Made by a program: the position numbers and the translations under genes. Below are positions 51,682-60,662 of a stretch of DNA of 60,662 nucleotides, piece by piece. The DNA lies in the NCBI GenBank assembly GCA_944383245.1, contig CALWOU010000005.1, forward strand, positions 1 through 60,662, read 5' to 3'. Position 1 is the first letter of the stretch. Every line of letters starts with the position of its first letter. Source of the DNA: an uncultured Clostridia bacterium. Its GTDB lineage: Bacteria > Bacillota > Clostridia > Christensenellales > UBA1242. Under the pieces are notes generated by a model. The model saw only the letters and a list, made by a program, of their open reading frames with translations, was not told where the DNA came from and did no database searches.

Positions 51682-54600
51682 TTATTCTTCTTCGATATCG
51701 TCAAATTTAATATCAACGTCTTGATTTATCATTGAGGCATTATCTTTAATTTGTTTTGGAAGAAGATTTCTATAAATTGGAGCACCTGTTCCTGCTGGAA
51801 TCATCTTACCGATTATGATATTTTCTTTAAGACCTCTTAAGTGGTCTACTTTACCTTTTAATGCTGCCTCAGTTAGCACATTACTGCTTTCTTGGAATGA
51901 TGCAGCGGATAAGAAACTTTCAGTTGTTAAAGATGCCTTAGTGATACTTTGAAGTTCACGTTTAGCAGTTGCTGGAACGCCACCTTCTTGGATTGCCTTA
52001 GTGTTTGCCTCTTCATAAACTCTAATATCAACAGTGTCACCTGGAAGAAGGTCAGTATCTCCTGGATTTTCGATTTTAACCTTTCTAAGCATTTGCCTAA
52101 TGATGATTTCCAAGTGTTTAGCATTGATTGAAACACCTTGTGTTTTATACACTTGCAAGACTTCGTTTAACAAATATTCTTGAACTGCTTTCACACCGCT
52201 AGTACGCAACACATCTTTAGGATTTAATGGTCCGTCTGTTAGCGGAGTTCCTGGAGCAACAACATCTCCGTTTTTAACTTTCAAAGTTGCGCCGTATGGA
52301 AGCAAGTAGCTTTCTTCGGTTGTGCCTTTAACTGTTACTTCGAAACGTTTATCGATTTGATTAATTGTAACTTTACCACCGATTTCGCTCATAACAGCCG
52401 CACCTTTAGGATTGCGCGCTTCAAAGATTTCTTCAACCCTTGGTAAACCTGTTGTGATATCACGAGATGCGACACCACCGCTGTGGAAGGTACGAAGCAC
52501 CAACTGAGTACCTGGTTCACCGATTGATTGAGCAGCGATTACGCCGACAGCCTCTCCCACGTGAACTATGTCGTTAGTTGACATATCTCTACCATAACAT
52601 TTAGCACAAATACCAGATTTTGCCTTACAAGTGAGTGCGCTTCTGATTTGCACTTTTTCAATTCCTGCGTTGACAATTTGTTTTGCGAGTTCGTTTGTGA
52701 TAAACACATCAGCACCACAAATTTCTTTCTTGGTTTTAGGGTCAATAACAGGAGCAGATGTAAATCTACCAATAATTCTGTTTTCAAGAGTTTCAACAAT
52801 TGTTCCGTTTTGTTCGATTGTTTTTACGTCTATACCTTTAACGTGTTCGCCTAATGAAGCAAAGCAATCTTCTTCTGTGATTGTTGTGTCTTGCGCGATG
52901 TCCACAAGACGACGAGTTAGATAACCTGAATCTGCTGTTTTTAATGCTGTATCCATCAATTGTTTACGAGCACCACGCGCTGCGCTATAGTATTCAAGCG
53001 CGGACAAACCTCTGCGATAGTTAGATTTAACAGGAACATCAGATGCATTACCGCTTGCCACGTCCATTATACCAAGCATACCGCTTAGAGTTTGATATTG
53101 ACCATCGTTACCACGTGCACCAGATGTTAAAATAATCTTCAATGGATTGAATTTATCTGCCACACTTGCTGTTTCTTTGGTTATTTCTTCTCTAACTTTT
53201 GCCCACAATTCTGTGTTTTTACCTGCTTTATCGTCGTAACTCATAAAGCCTTGCATATATAATGCATCGTTTTGCTTTGCAAGTTCGTTGGTTTCTTCAA
53301 TCTTTTTATCTCTATCTTTTAGTTCGGTTATATCAAAGATTGAGAATGAAACACTCGATAACGTTGAATATTTGTAACCCATATTTTTGAGGTTATCAAT
53401 CATTTCAACTGTTGTGTTAGTGCCGTGTTTTCTATAACAAATTTCAATAAGTTTTGAATAGAAACCTTTTTTAACTTCTTCATTTACCTCATACTCAAAG
53501 GCATTTTCGCGTTTAGTTCTATCAACATAGCCTAAATCTTGAGGTATTATGCTATTGAATATAATTCTTCCAAGAGTTGTTTCAGTTCTTCCTGTTATCA
53601 TCTTGCCTTCAAATTCAACAGTTCTACGCACTTTTATTTTTGCTTGTAATGATAAATCGCCATTTTCATAAGCAAGTTGTGCCTCATCTGGCGAACTGAA
53701 CACCATACCCTCGCCTTTTGCGCCTGGTTTAACCACTGTGATATAGTAGTTACCTAAAATCATATCTTGGCTTGGCACCATATTTGGAGCGCCGTCACTT
53801 GGTTTTAACACGTTATTTGAAGCAAGAAGCAACATTCTAGCTTCAGTTCTAGCCTCAACTGACAAAGGCACGTGAATACTCATTTGGTCACCGTCGAAGT
53901 CGGCATTAAAGCCCGAACAAGCAAGAGGTGGCAAACGAATAGCTTTACCTTCAACTAAGATTGGTTCAAATGCTTGCACACTGAGTTTGTGCAAAGTTGG
54001 CGCACGGTTTAGTAGCACAGGGTGACCTTGAACAACCTCAGACAAAATATCATAAACGATAGGTCGCTCTTGCTCTATCATACGAGTTGCTTTCCTTAAA
54101 TTATTTGTTGCGTTTAATTCAAGCAACCTTTTAATAATAAATGGACGGAACAATTCGAGCGCCATCATCTTTGGCAAACCGCATTGATAAATTTTAAGTT
54201 CTGGTCCAACCACGATAACACTACGACCTGAATAATCCACACGTTTACCAAGCAAGTTTTGACGGAAGCGTCCGTGTTTACCCTTCAAACTTGCAGTTAA
54301 AGATTTCAAATCACGTTGACGGCTACCCTGCACTGCGCGACCACGTTTTCCGTTATCAAATAGCGCATCCACTGCCTCTTGAAGCATACGTTTTTCGTTT
54401 CTCACAATGATTTCAGGAGCGCCCAATTCCATTAATTTTTTCAAACGGTTATTTCTGTTAATTACCCTACGGTATAGGTCATTTAAGTCACTTGCTGCGA
54501 ACTTTCCGCCGTCGATTTGAACAAGCGGTCTAAGATCTGGTGGAATAACAGGAATAACGTCTAATATCATCCAACTTGGCTTATTTCCGCTTTTAATAAA

Positions 54601-55248
54601 TGCTTCGATAATTTCCAACTTTTTAGTGGCTTTAAGTTTTCTTTGACCTTTGGAAGTGTGCATAATCTTGGTGAGTTCATCGCGCTCTTTTTCAAGGTCA
54701 ACTTGCTCTAAAAGTTCTTTTATTGCCTCAGCACCCATTCCTGCACGGAAACCATCTGGGCCATATTTTTCAACTGCCTCGCGGTATTCTCTATCGCGAA
54801 TTACTTGTTTATAAGTAAATTCTGTGTTTTTAGGATCAAGCACAACGTAACTAACATAATATAAAACTTCGTCTAATTGCTTTGGACTCATTTCAAGAAC
54901 AAGACCAATCCTACTTGGCACACCTTTGAAAAACCAAATATGGCTAACCGGGCAAGCAAGTTCGATGTGACCCATACGTTCACGTCTAACCTTACTACGA
55001 GTGACCTCAACACCACATTTATCGCAGACTACACCTTTATATCTTACTCTTTTATACTTTCCGCAGTGGCATTCCCAATCTTTTTTAGGTCCAAAAATAC
55101 GTTCGCAAAAAAGACCGTCTTTTTCAGGTTTTTGCGTGCGATAGTTGATTGTTTCTGGCTTGGTAACCTCTCCTCTTGACCACGATCTAATCATCTCAGG
55201 GGATGCGATACCAACACGGATAGAGTCAAAATTGTTTAATTCAAACAT
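51682..55248 (-). CDS. rpoC: DNA-directed RNA polymerase subunit beta'
   Basis: Zn finger CHCGKY...[59 protein letters not shown]. Confidence 0.99.
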   Translation of the reverse strand: MFELNNFDSIRVGIASPEMIRSWSRGEVTKPETINYRTQKPEKDGLFCERIFGPKKDWECHCGKYKRVRYKGVVCDKCGVEVTRSKVRRERMGHIELACPVSHIWFFKGVPSRIGLVLEMSPKQLDEVLYYVSYVVLDPKNTEFTYKQVIRDREYREAVEKYGPDGFRAGMGAEAIKELLEQVDLEKERDELTKIMHTSKGQRKLKATKKLEIIEAFIKSGNKPSWMILDVIPVIPPDLRPLVQIDGGKFAASDLNDLYRRVINRNNRLKKLMELGAPEIIVRNEKRMLQEAVDALFDNGKRGRAVQGSRQRDLKSLTASLKGKHGRFRQNLLGKRVDYSGRSVIVVGPELKIYQCGLPKMMALELFRPFIIKRLLELNATNNLRKATRMIEQERPIVYDILSEVVQGHPVLLNRAPTLHKLSVQAFEPILVEGKAIRLPPLACSGFNADFDGDQMSIHVPLSVEARTEARMLLLASNNVLKPSDGAPNMVPSQDMILGNYYITVVKPGAKGEGMVFSSPDEAQLAYENGDLSLQAKIKVRRTVEFEGKMITGRTETTLGRIIFNSIIPQDLGYVDRTKRENAFEYEVNEEVKKGFYSKLIEICYRKHGTNTTVEMIDNLKNMGYKYSTLSSVSFSIFDITELKDRDKKIEETNELAKQNDALYMQGFMSYDDKAGKNTELWAKVREEITKETASVADKFNPLKIILTSGARGNDGQYQTLSGMLGIMDVASGNASDVPVKSNYRRGLSALEYYSAARGARKQLMDTALKTADSGYLTRRLVDIAQDTTITEEDCFASLGEHVKGIDVKTIEQNGTIVETLENRIIGRFTSAPVIDPKTKKEICGADVFITNELAKQIVNAGIEKVQIRSALTCKAKSGICAKCYGRDMSTNDIVHVGEAVGVIAAQSIGEPGTQLVLRTFHSGGVASRDITTGLPRVEEIFEARNPKGAAVMSEIGGKVTINQIDKRFEVTVKGTTEESYLLPYGATLKVKNGDVVAPGTPLTDGPLNPKDVLRTSGVKAVQEYLLNEVLQVYKTQGVSINAKHLEIIIRQMLRKVKIENPGDTDLLPGDTVDIRVYEEANTKAIQEGGVPATAKRELQSITKASLTTESFLSAASFQESSNVLTEAALKGKVDHLRGLKENIIIGKMIPAGTGAPIYRNLLPKQIKDNASMINQDVDIKFDDIEEE

Positions 55249-55292
55249 TACTAATTCTCCTAAAAACTTTTACTTAACTTTTTAAAGTTTCT

Positions 55293-55502
55293 TCACATTT
55301 CTTTTTCTTTTGTTTTGTCATTAAAACTTAAATTTTCAAGTTTGTAAACTTCTTCTAAATCTTTTAAATACCTATTATATTGCTCTTTGTTTAGCATTGT
55401 GTTATTGCGTTCAAGCCACTCATTGTAACCATATTTTTTAAATAAATAAAGTGACAATGGTGGCAAGTGCAATATAACTTTTTCAATTTCGCTATATTTC
55501 AT
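55293..55502 (-). CDS. Hypothetical 69-aa protein inside the rpoB-rpoC operon
   Basis: ATG 2 nt after the rpoB stop codon; fills most of the 256-bp gap; helical, Y/L/K/E-rich. Confidence 0.6.
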   Translation of the reverse strand: MKYSEIEKVILHLPPLSLYLFKKYGYNEWLERNNTMLNKEQYNRYLKDLEEVYKLENLSFNDKTKEKEM

Positions 55503-55504
55503 AA

Positions 55505-58500
55505 TTACTCGTCTAAATCATCGAATAACTCAGATTCATCAAATGCAGTGTTGTTAACATCTTGCTCGAAATCGTTTTGAATATCGTCAAATTCAAGTGT
55601 GACATCGTCAAGCGATTGTTTGTTGACTGGTTCAACTGCTGTAACTTCCTCGCCTTCTTCGCTAACTTCGTTGATTGTGAGTTCGTGATTATCTGCAGTT
55701 AAAATTCTAACGTCTAAGCACAATCCTTGCATTTCTTTAACCAAAACTTTGAATGATTCTGGCATTCCTGGTTCAGGAATTGGCTCGCCACGAACGATTG
55801 CGTCATAAGTTTTGATACGACCTTCAACATCGTCCGATTTAATTGTTAACATCTCTTGAAGAAGCCTTGATGCACCATAAGCTTCCAATGCCCAAACTTC
55901 CATTTCACCGAAACGTTGACCACCTAGTTGACCACGTCCGCCAAGAGGCTGTTGAGTGATAAGTGCATATGTTCCAATTCCACGCGCGTGAATTTTATCT
56001 TCAACCATATGGTTAAGTTTTAACATATACATTACGCCAACAGTTGTTTTATTTTCAAATGGAAGGCCTGTTCTTCCGTCGTATAGTTGCATTTTTCCGT
56101 CCTCAGGTAGACCATTTGCACGCAACAATTCTTTGATTTCTGATTCTTTTGCACCATCGAATGCTGGAGTTGCAACCTTCCAATCAAGTTGCTTTGCAAC
56201 CAAACCTAAGTGAGTTTCAAGCAATTGACCTAAGTTCATACGCGAAGGAACACCTAGTGGATTTAACACAATATCCACAGTTTCTCCGTTTGCCATATAT
56301 GGCATATCTGATTCAGGAAGAACAACAGAAACGACACCTTTATTACCATAACGACCAGCAAGTTTATCACCAACTTGAAGCACACGTTTTTGCGCGATGT
56401 ACACTTTAACTACCATATTTACGCCCGCATCAAGTTCGTCTTTATTCTTTCTAGATAAGATTTCAACGTTAACTACGACACCTTCCTCGCCGTGCTTAAC
56501 TTTAAGGCTTGTGTTTTTAACTTCTTTAGTTTTCTCGCCAAAGATTGCTTTAAGTAGTCTTTCTTCTGGAGTTAGGTCAGTTTCGCCTTTTGGTGTTACT
56601 TTACCAACCAAAATATCGCCAGGGCGCACTTCTGTTCCAATACGAACAATACCATTTTCATCAAGATTTCTAAGCGCATCTTCGCCAACGCCTGGGATGT
56701 CTGCCGTGATTTCTTCATCGCCAAGTTTTGTGGTGCGTGCCTCAGTTTTCACTTGTTGAATGCTAATTGAAGTGAATGCATCTTCTCTAACTATTCTTTG
56801 GTTAACTAAAATAGCATCTTCGTAGTTATAACCTTCCCAATTCATAAATGCGATTGTCATATTTTTACCAAGTGCCAATTCGCCTTTATCTGTGGATGCT
56901 CCGTCTGCTAAAACGTCACCTTTTTTAACCTTTTCTCCCTTTGTTACAAGAGGTTTTTGATTAAAGCAGGCTTTTTCGTTTGTTCTTTCAAATTTTCTAA
57001 GTTTGTGGTTAACGATTGAGCCGTCTGCATATTCCATTGTGATGTAGTCTGCTGAAACGTATTTACATTCACCGTCTTGTTCGGCAAGTATCATAGCGCC
57101 AGAGTCAACCGCCACCTTATGCTCGATACCCGTTCCTACGATTGGGCTGTCTGTTCTAATTAATGGCACTGATTGACATTGCATATTAGTACCCATCAAC
57201 GCACGGTTACCTGCGCAGTGTTCAACGAAAGGAATAAGACCAGCACCAACTGATAACAACTGCCTTGAACTGATATCAACAAGGTCTATCATACTTGAAT
57301 CAACGTGAACTGTTTGATTGTATGTTCTGCAGTCGACAAATCCTGGTTTTATAACGTTGTTATCATCCACATCAATTGTGGCTTGTGCAATGTAGTGACC
57401 TTTTTCTTCATCTGCCATTAAATATACAACATCGTTTGTGATTTGATGAGTTTTAGGGTCTACTTTTCTATAAGGAGTTTCAATAAATCCATATCTATTT
57501 ACGCGCGCATAAGCGGCAAGTGAAGTCATAAGACCAATTGATTGACCTTCTGGAGTTTCAACCACACAGATACGTCCGTAGTGAGAAGGATGAATATCAC
57601 GAGTTGAAGGAGTGGCACGTTCTTTCTTAACACCGCCAACACCTAGCGAACTCAATCTGCGTTTGTGTCTTAGGCTTGCTGCTGGGTTAATTTCATCCAT
57701 TAAGCCACTTAATTGGCTAGTTGCCATAAATTCTTTAAATGCTTTGTTGATTTGCCTTGCGTTAACGATTTGGCTAGGAGTTGCGTCAGTTAAATCACGG
57801 CTTTGAAGAGCTTCACGAACCTGAGTTTGAAGTTTTTTCATACCGCTTCTAAATTCATCGCGAAGAAGTTCGCCACAAGTTGCAACTCTTTTCATTGTTA
57901 AACTATCAATTTCATCTGTTTCGCCAAGGCCATCAATCAAATTTAAGTGATAACTAACAAGCGCTATTAAATCATCCAAAGTCATTTGGAAATCAACTAA
58001 TTTTCTAGCATTTTGTTGAATTGCGTTCTTAAGCCCTGCCTCATCGTCCTTATACTCTTTCATTATCTCTTGAAGAAGTGGCAAATAAACAAGTTCAGTG
58101 ATTCCAAACTCTTCAGGGTCAAGTTTAGCATATGCTTTAAGGTCAACACGTTTATTTCCAACAACGCGCACCAATTTTTCGCCAACTAAAACGTTAACTG
58201 AGTTAATACCCGCATTTTGAATAGCAATTGCCATATCGTGAGTGATAAGGTCCCCCGCTTTTGCGTAAACTTTCTTTCCAAGTTTAATATCTTCGCCTGC
58301 GATTTGGTCAGTTATACGATTTGCAAGTGACAATTTCTTATTAGTTTTAAATCTTCCTGCCAACTCTAAATTGTAGTTTTGTGGGTTGAAGAAACGGTCA
58401 TTAATGTATGCTAGTGTGTTGTCTGGGTTAGGAATTTCACCAGGACGAGTGCGACGACCAAATTCAATCAATGCATCCTCTTGCGTGATTTGTGGTTCTT

Positions 58501-59179
58501 TCTCTAAAGTGTTAACCATAAAAGGATGATTTGCAAAAATTGATAGGAGTTCGTCGTTTGTGTAGCCAAAACATTTTAGCAACACACCAAGACTCATTTT
58601 GTATTTATTTTCAACCATAACACGCAATGTGTCGCCCGTAACTTGCTCAGTTTCCACTCTTATTCCGTGGTCTGGGGCTAACATTCCGTGATAGTCCATT
58701 CTACCAAATTTATTTATTTCTCCGTCAAAAATAACACCAGGAGATTTTTTGAATTGGTTTAAAATAACACGTTCAACACCATTCCAAATAAATCCACCGT
58801 CGTTTGACATATATGGCACGTCGCCTAAGAACACATCTTGGTCCATAACTTGACCGGTTTCCTTAACAAGCAAACGAACAGTTACAGTTAGTGGAACTGT
58901 GTAACTAAGTTGTTTGGTTTTGCAAGTTGACCATGAATATTTTGGTGTGTCGCCAACTGTATATGCCAAAAAAGACAACTCTGCTTTATTAGAGTAGTCT
59001 ATAATCGGATTATATTCGTTCAAAACCTCACCAATGCCAACGTCTTTAAACCAAGCGTAACTTTGTTTAGGTATGCTTAACCAATCTTGCACTTCATATG
59101 GAATAACCTTTTTGGAAAAGTCGTGGCGAACAGCCTTTCCATTCTTGACTTTTTTAATGTTGAGTATGTTTGAATCCAT
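55505..59179 (-). CDS. rpoB: DNA-directed RNA polymerase subunit beta (divergent)
   Basis: HKRRLS, HYGRIC..ETPEG, GYNYEDAI, GDILVGKVTPKG, NPLGVPSRMN, GGQRFGEMEVWALEAYG; SD AGGAG. Confidence 0.99.
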   Translation of the reverse strand: MDSNILNIKKVKNGKAVRHDFSKKVIPYEVQDWLSIPKQSYAWFKDVGIGEVLNEYNPIIDYSNKAELSFLAYTVGDTPKYSWSTCKTKQLSYTVPLTVTVRLLVKETGQVMDQDVFLGDVPYMSNDGGFIWNGVERVILNQFKKSPGVIFDGEINKFGRMDYHGMLAPDHGIRVETEQVTGDTLRVMVENKYKMSLGVLLKCFGYTNDELLSIFANHPFMVNTLEKEPQITQEDALIEFGRRTRPGEIPNPDNTLAYINDRFFNPQNYNLELAGRFKTNKKLSLANRITDQIAGEDIKLGKKVYAKAGDLITHDMAIAIQNAGINSVNVLVGEKLVRVVGNKRVDLKAYAKLDPEEFGITELVYLPLLQEIMKEYKDDEAGLKNAIQQNARKLVDFQMTLDDLIALVSYHLNLIDGLGETDEIDSLTMKRVATCGELLRDEFRSGMKKLQTQVREALQSRDLTDATPSQIVNARQINKAFKEFMATSQLSGLMDEINPAASLRHKRRLSSLGVGGVKKERATPSTRDIHPSHYGRICVVETPEGQSIGLMTSLAAYARVNRYGFIETPYRKVDPKTHQITNDVVYLMADEEKGHYIAQATIDVDDNNVIKPGFVDCRTYNQTVHVDSSMIDLVDISSRQLLSVGAGLIPFVEHCAGNRALMGTNMQCQSVPLIRTDSPIVGTGIEHKVAVDSGAMILAEQDGECKYVSADYITMEYADGSIVNHKLRKFERTNEKACFNQKPLVTKGEKVKKGDVLADGASTDKGELALGKNMTIAFMNWEGYNYEDAILVNQRIVREDAFTSISIQQVKTEARTTKLGDEEITADIPGVGEDALRNLDENGIVRIGTEVRPGDILVGKVTPKGETDLTPEERLLKAIFGEKTKEVKNTSLKVKHGEEGVVVNVEILSRKNKDELDAGVNMVVKVYIAQKRVLQVGDKLAGRYGNKGVVSVVLPESDMPYMANGETVDIVLNPLGVPSRMNLGQLLETHLGLVAKQLDWKVATPAFDGAKESEIKELLRANGLPEDGKMQLYDGRTGLPFENKTTVGVMYMLKLNHMVEDKIHARGIGTYALITQQPLGGRGQLGGQRFGEMEVWALEAYGASRLLQEMLTIKSDDVEGRIKTYDAIVRGEPIPEPGMPESFKVLVKEMQGLCLDVRILTADNHELTINEVSEEGEEVTAVEPVNKQSLDDVTLEFDDIQNDFEQDVNNTAFDESELFDDLDE

Positions 59180-59258
59180 TCATTAACTCCTTATTAAGTT
59201 GTATTACCGCGAGCCATTCACAATATCTAGAACTAGCGATAATTATTCATACTAGACG

Positions 59259-59287
59259 AGTTTAACATAATCTTCAACTAATGTCAA
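59259..59287 (-). promoter_or_regulatory. SigmaA promoter of rpoB
   Basis: TTGACA-N17-TAAACT with TG extension; ~72-nt leader. Confidence 0.8.
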
Positions 59288-59502
59288 TAGTTTTTCACAA
59301 CTTTTTTTAATAATTTTTTCCACCTAAACAAAACTTAAACTGCTTATAATGAATTAATTCATAAATATTGATGTATGTACAAAATTAGTATTGTGTAAGA
59401 AAAAAGTAAATATATGAGATATATAAAAGCGCATATAACTTAAAATTTATTACTCATAAATAGTTATTTACAAAAACATAAAATCGTAAGATTATATCAA
59501 AT

Positions 59503-59596
59503 TATGAAATTATACTATAACATCTAATCACGAAATTATGTTAGAGCATCTAAATATGTTGTATACGTTAGGTAGTTACACGTAACCTACTAAACG
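59503..59596. repeat. Degenerate 26-nt direct repeat pair plus imperfect inverted repeat
   Basis: TATGAAATTATACTATAACATCTAAT / CACGAAATTATGTTAGAGCATCTAAA, followed by CGTTAGGTAGTTAC..GTAACCTACTAAACG. Confidence 0.35.
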
Positions 59597-59620
59597 AACA
59601 CTCAAACTAAGCAAATTCAA

Positions 59621-60640
59621 CTAAACTTCCACTCCTGCGCGATTTTCTTTTAAGGCTTTCACTTCTTTTATTAATTCTTTTGGATTTGCTAGGTGCACGT
59701 AGTTTTTATTCATTTTACTTGTACTCTTTGCAATATCGCAAAACTCATCCCAAGTTAAGTCCTTATACACTTGCAAGCACAACGCGTACATTCCCACAGC
59801 CTGCGGAATTGTCCACGAAAAAGAACCCTCATTCACATATTGATATCCATTTTCACTTTTGTATTCCGGAATAACTTTGCCAGCACAAATAAATGAAACT
59901 CTACCATTTTCTTTTTCATAGTTATAAAAATTGGTTAAATCTTCATCGTCTGGTTTGTAAAAGGAAGCAAAATCTAAATTATCTAAATTTTCAAAATCGT
60001 CATAATATTTAAAATCTGCACATTCAAAATTTTCGCCAAATCTAGTGGAATCCACCAACACGCAACCAAGACGCTCTAATTCGTCCACTTTTAAAAGCAC
60101 TCTTTCAAAATTTTCAATGCTTCCATAAATTTTTGTTATTTCTTCTTTGCACCAATTTTTATCTTTATATTTTTCATAAACATCTCGTGAATATAAGGCA
60201 CCACTTCTAATAAGGGCTTTTATGGGTATTCCCAATTTGATTTTGCTTATAATATCATCTAAATATTTTGTGTATAATTCAATAAATTTTTCGCCCTGCC
60301 AAAAATGCACAGCATAATAATAGCATTCAACATCTGGTGCAACTCCAATATTTTTGCCTAGCAGATTTGATAAAACTCCTTCGCTATGAAAGTGCGGTTC
60401 TTGCTTTACTTCATCTTTAATATGTATGTTAGCATCGCCAAATTCAATATGTGAATTATTTAAGCAATTATCCATACATGCAACAACTATTTCTTTACCT
60501 GTTATTCCATTCTTGTGCAGTTCGCGAATTCCAAGCATTGGGTTTTTGCCACGTTCTAATATCTCTTGCGGATTAAAATCTTTTAGCATTTTGTCCGCAC
60601 TTGGCCAAATTGTGGACGAATTAAAGATTAGCATCGCCAT
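59621..60640 (-). CDS. S8 (subtilase) family peptidase, no signal peptide
   Basis: LHKNGITGKEIVVACMD (Asp), HFHSEGVLS..G..IGVAP (His), GSFSWTIP..VG (Ser); true start may lie beyond the window edge. Confidence 0.75.
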   Translation of the reverse strand: MAMLIFNSSTIWPSADKMLKDFNPQEILERGKNPMLGIRELHKNGITGKEIVVACMDNCLNNSHIEFGDANIHIKDEVKQEPHFHSEGVLSNLLGKNIGVAPDVECYYYAVHFWQGEKFIELYTKYLDDIISKIKLGIPIKALIRSGALYSRDVYEKYKDKNWCKEEITKIYGSIENFERVLLKVDELERLGCVLVDSTRFGENFECADFKYYDDFENLDNLDFASFYKPDDEDLTNFYNYEKENGRVSFICAGKVIPEYKSENGYQYVNEGSFSWTIPQAVGMYALCLQVYKDLTWDEFCDIAKSTSKMNKNYVHLANPKELIKEVKALKENRAGVEV

Positions 60641-60662
60641 ATGTTCTTTATCTAGTTGAGAT

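Noticed and set aside
51682-59179. Divergent rpoBC as phage-encoded or pseudogenised
   Set aside because: Full-length intact ORFs of Firmicute size with catalytic NADFDGD, a normal promoter, SD and terminator, and no phage genes nearby.

Overview
AT-rich chromosomal segment of a spore-forming, probably genome-reduced Clostridia-type Firmicute (lineage inferred from spoVD/spoVE/spoVB, a YetF/DUF421 gene and a T-box; not confirmed). Contents, left to right: a pared-down dcw cluster (transcribed spoVD-murE-mraY-murD-spoVE-murA-ftsQ; no murF, murG, mraZ, rsmH or ftsL here), a 3623-aa membrane-anchored giant protein, rsmA, a candidate ~55-nt sRNA, T-box-valS, an atypical groES-groEL, several sporulation genes, a 1045-aa membrane-anchored surface protein, uvrA, pepF, two paralogous winged-helix/TM genes in front of uvrB, a 1283-aa membrane-anchored surface protein, an orphan HicB-like operon, rpoB-[69-aa ORF]-rpoC and an S8 peptidase. 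No rRNA, tRNA, CRISPR array or transposase was seen. Most notable: (1) RNA polymerase beta/beta' subunits with many substitutions in near-invariant motifs (rifampicin pocket, CRE pocket, fork loop 2, GRHGNKG, trigger loop), plus an unknown small gene between rpoB and rpoC; (2) two promoter classes, with peptidoglycan-synthesis genes and groESL carrying sigmaE-like rather than sigmaA-like promoters, several in leaderless geometry; (3) an orphan sigmaA promoter-terminator unit with a Spo0A box and an 11-nt tandem repeat; (4) helically phased A/T-tract blocks in most long intergenic spacers. All motif and promoter calls were made by eye. E. coli residue numbers are recalled from memory and need checking by alignment.
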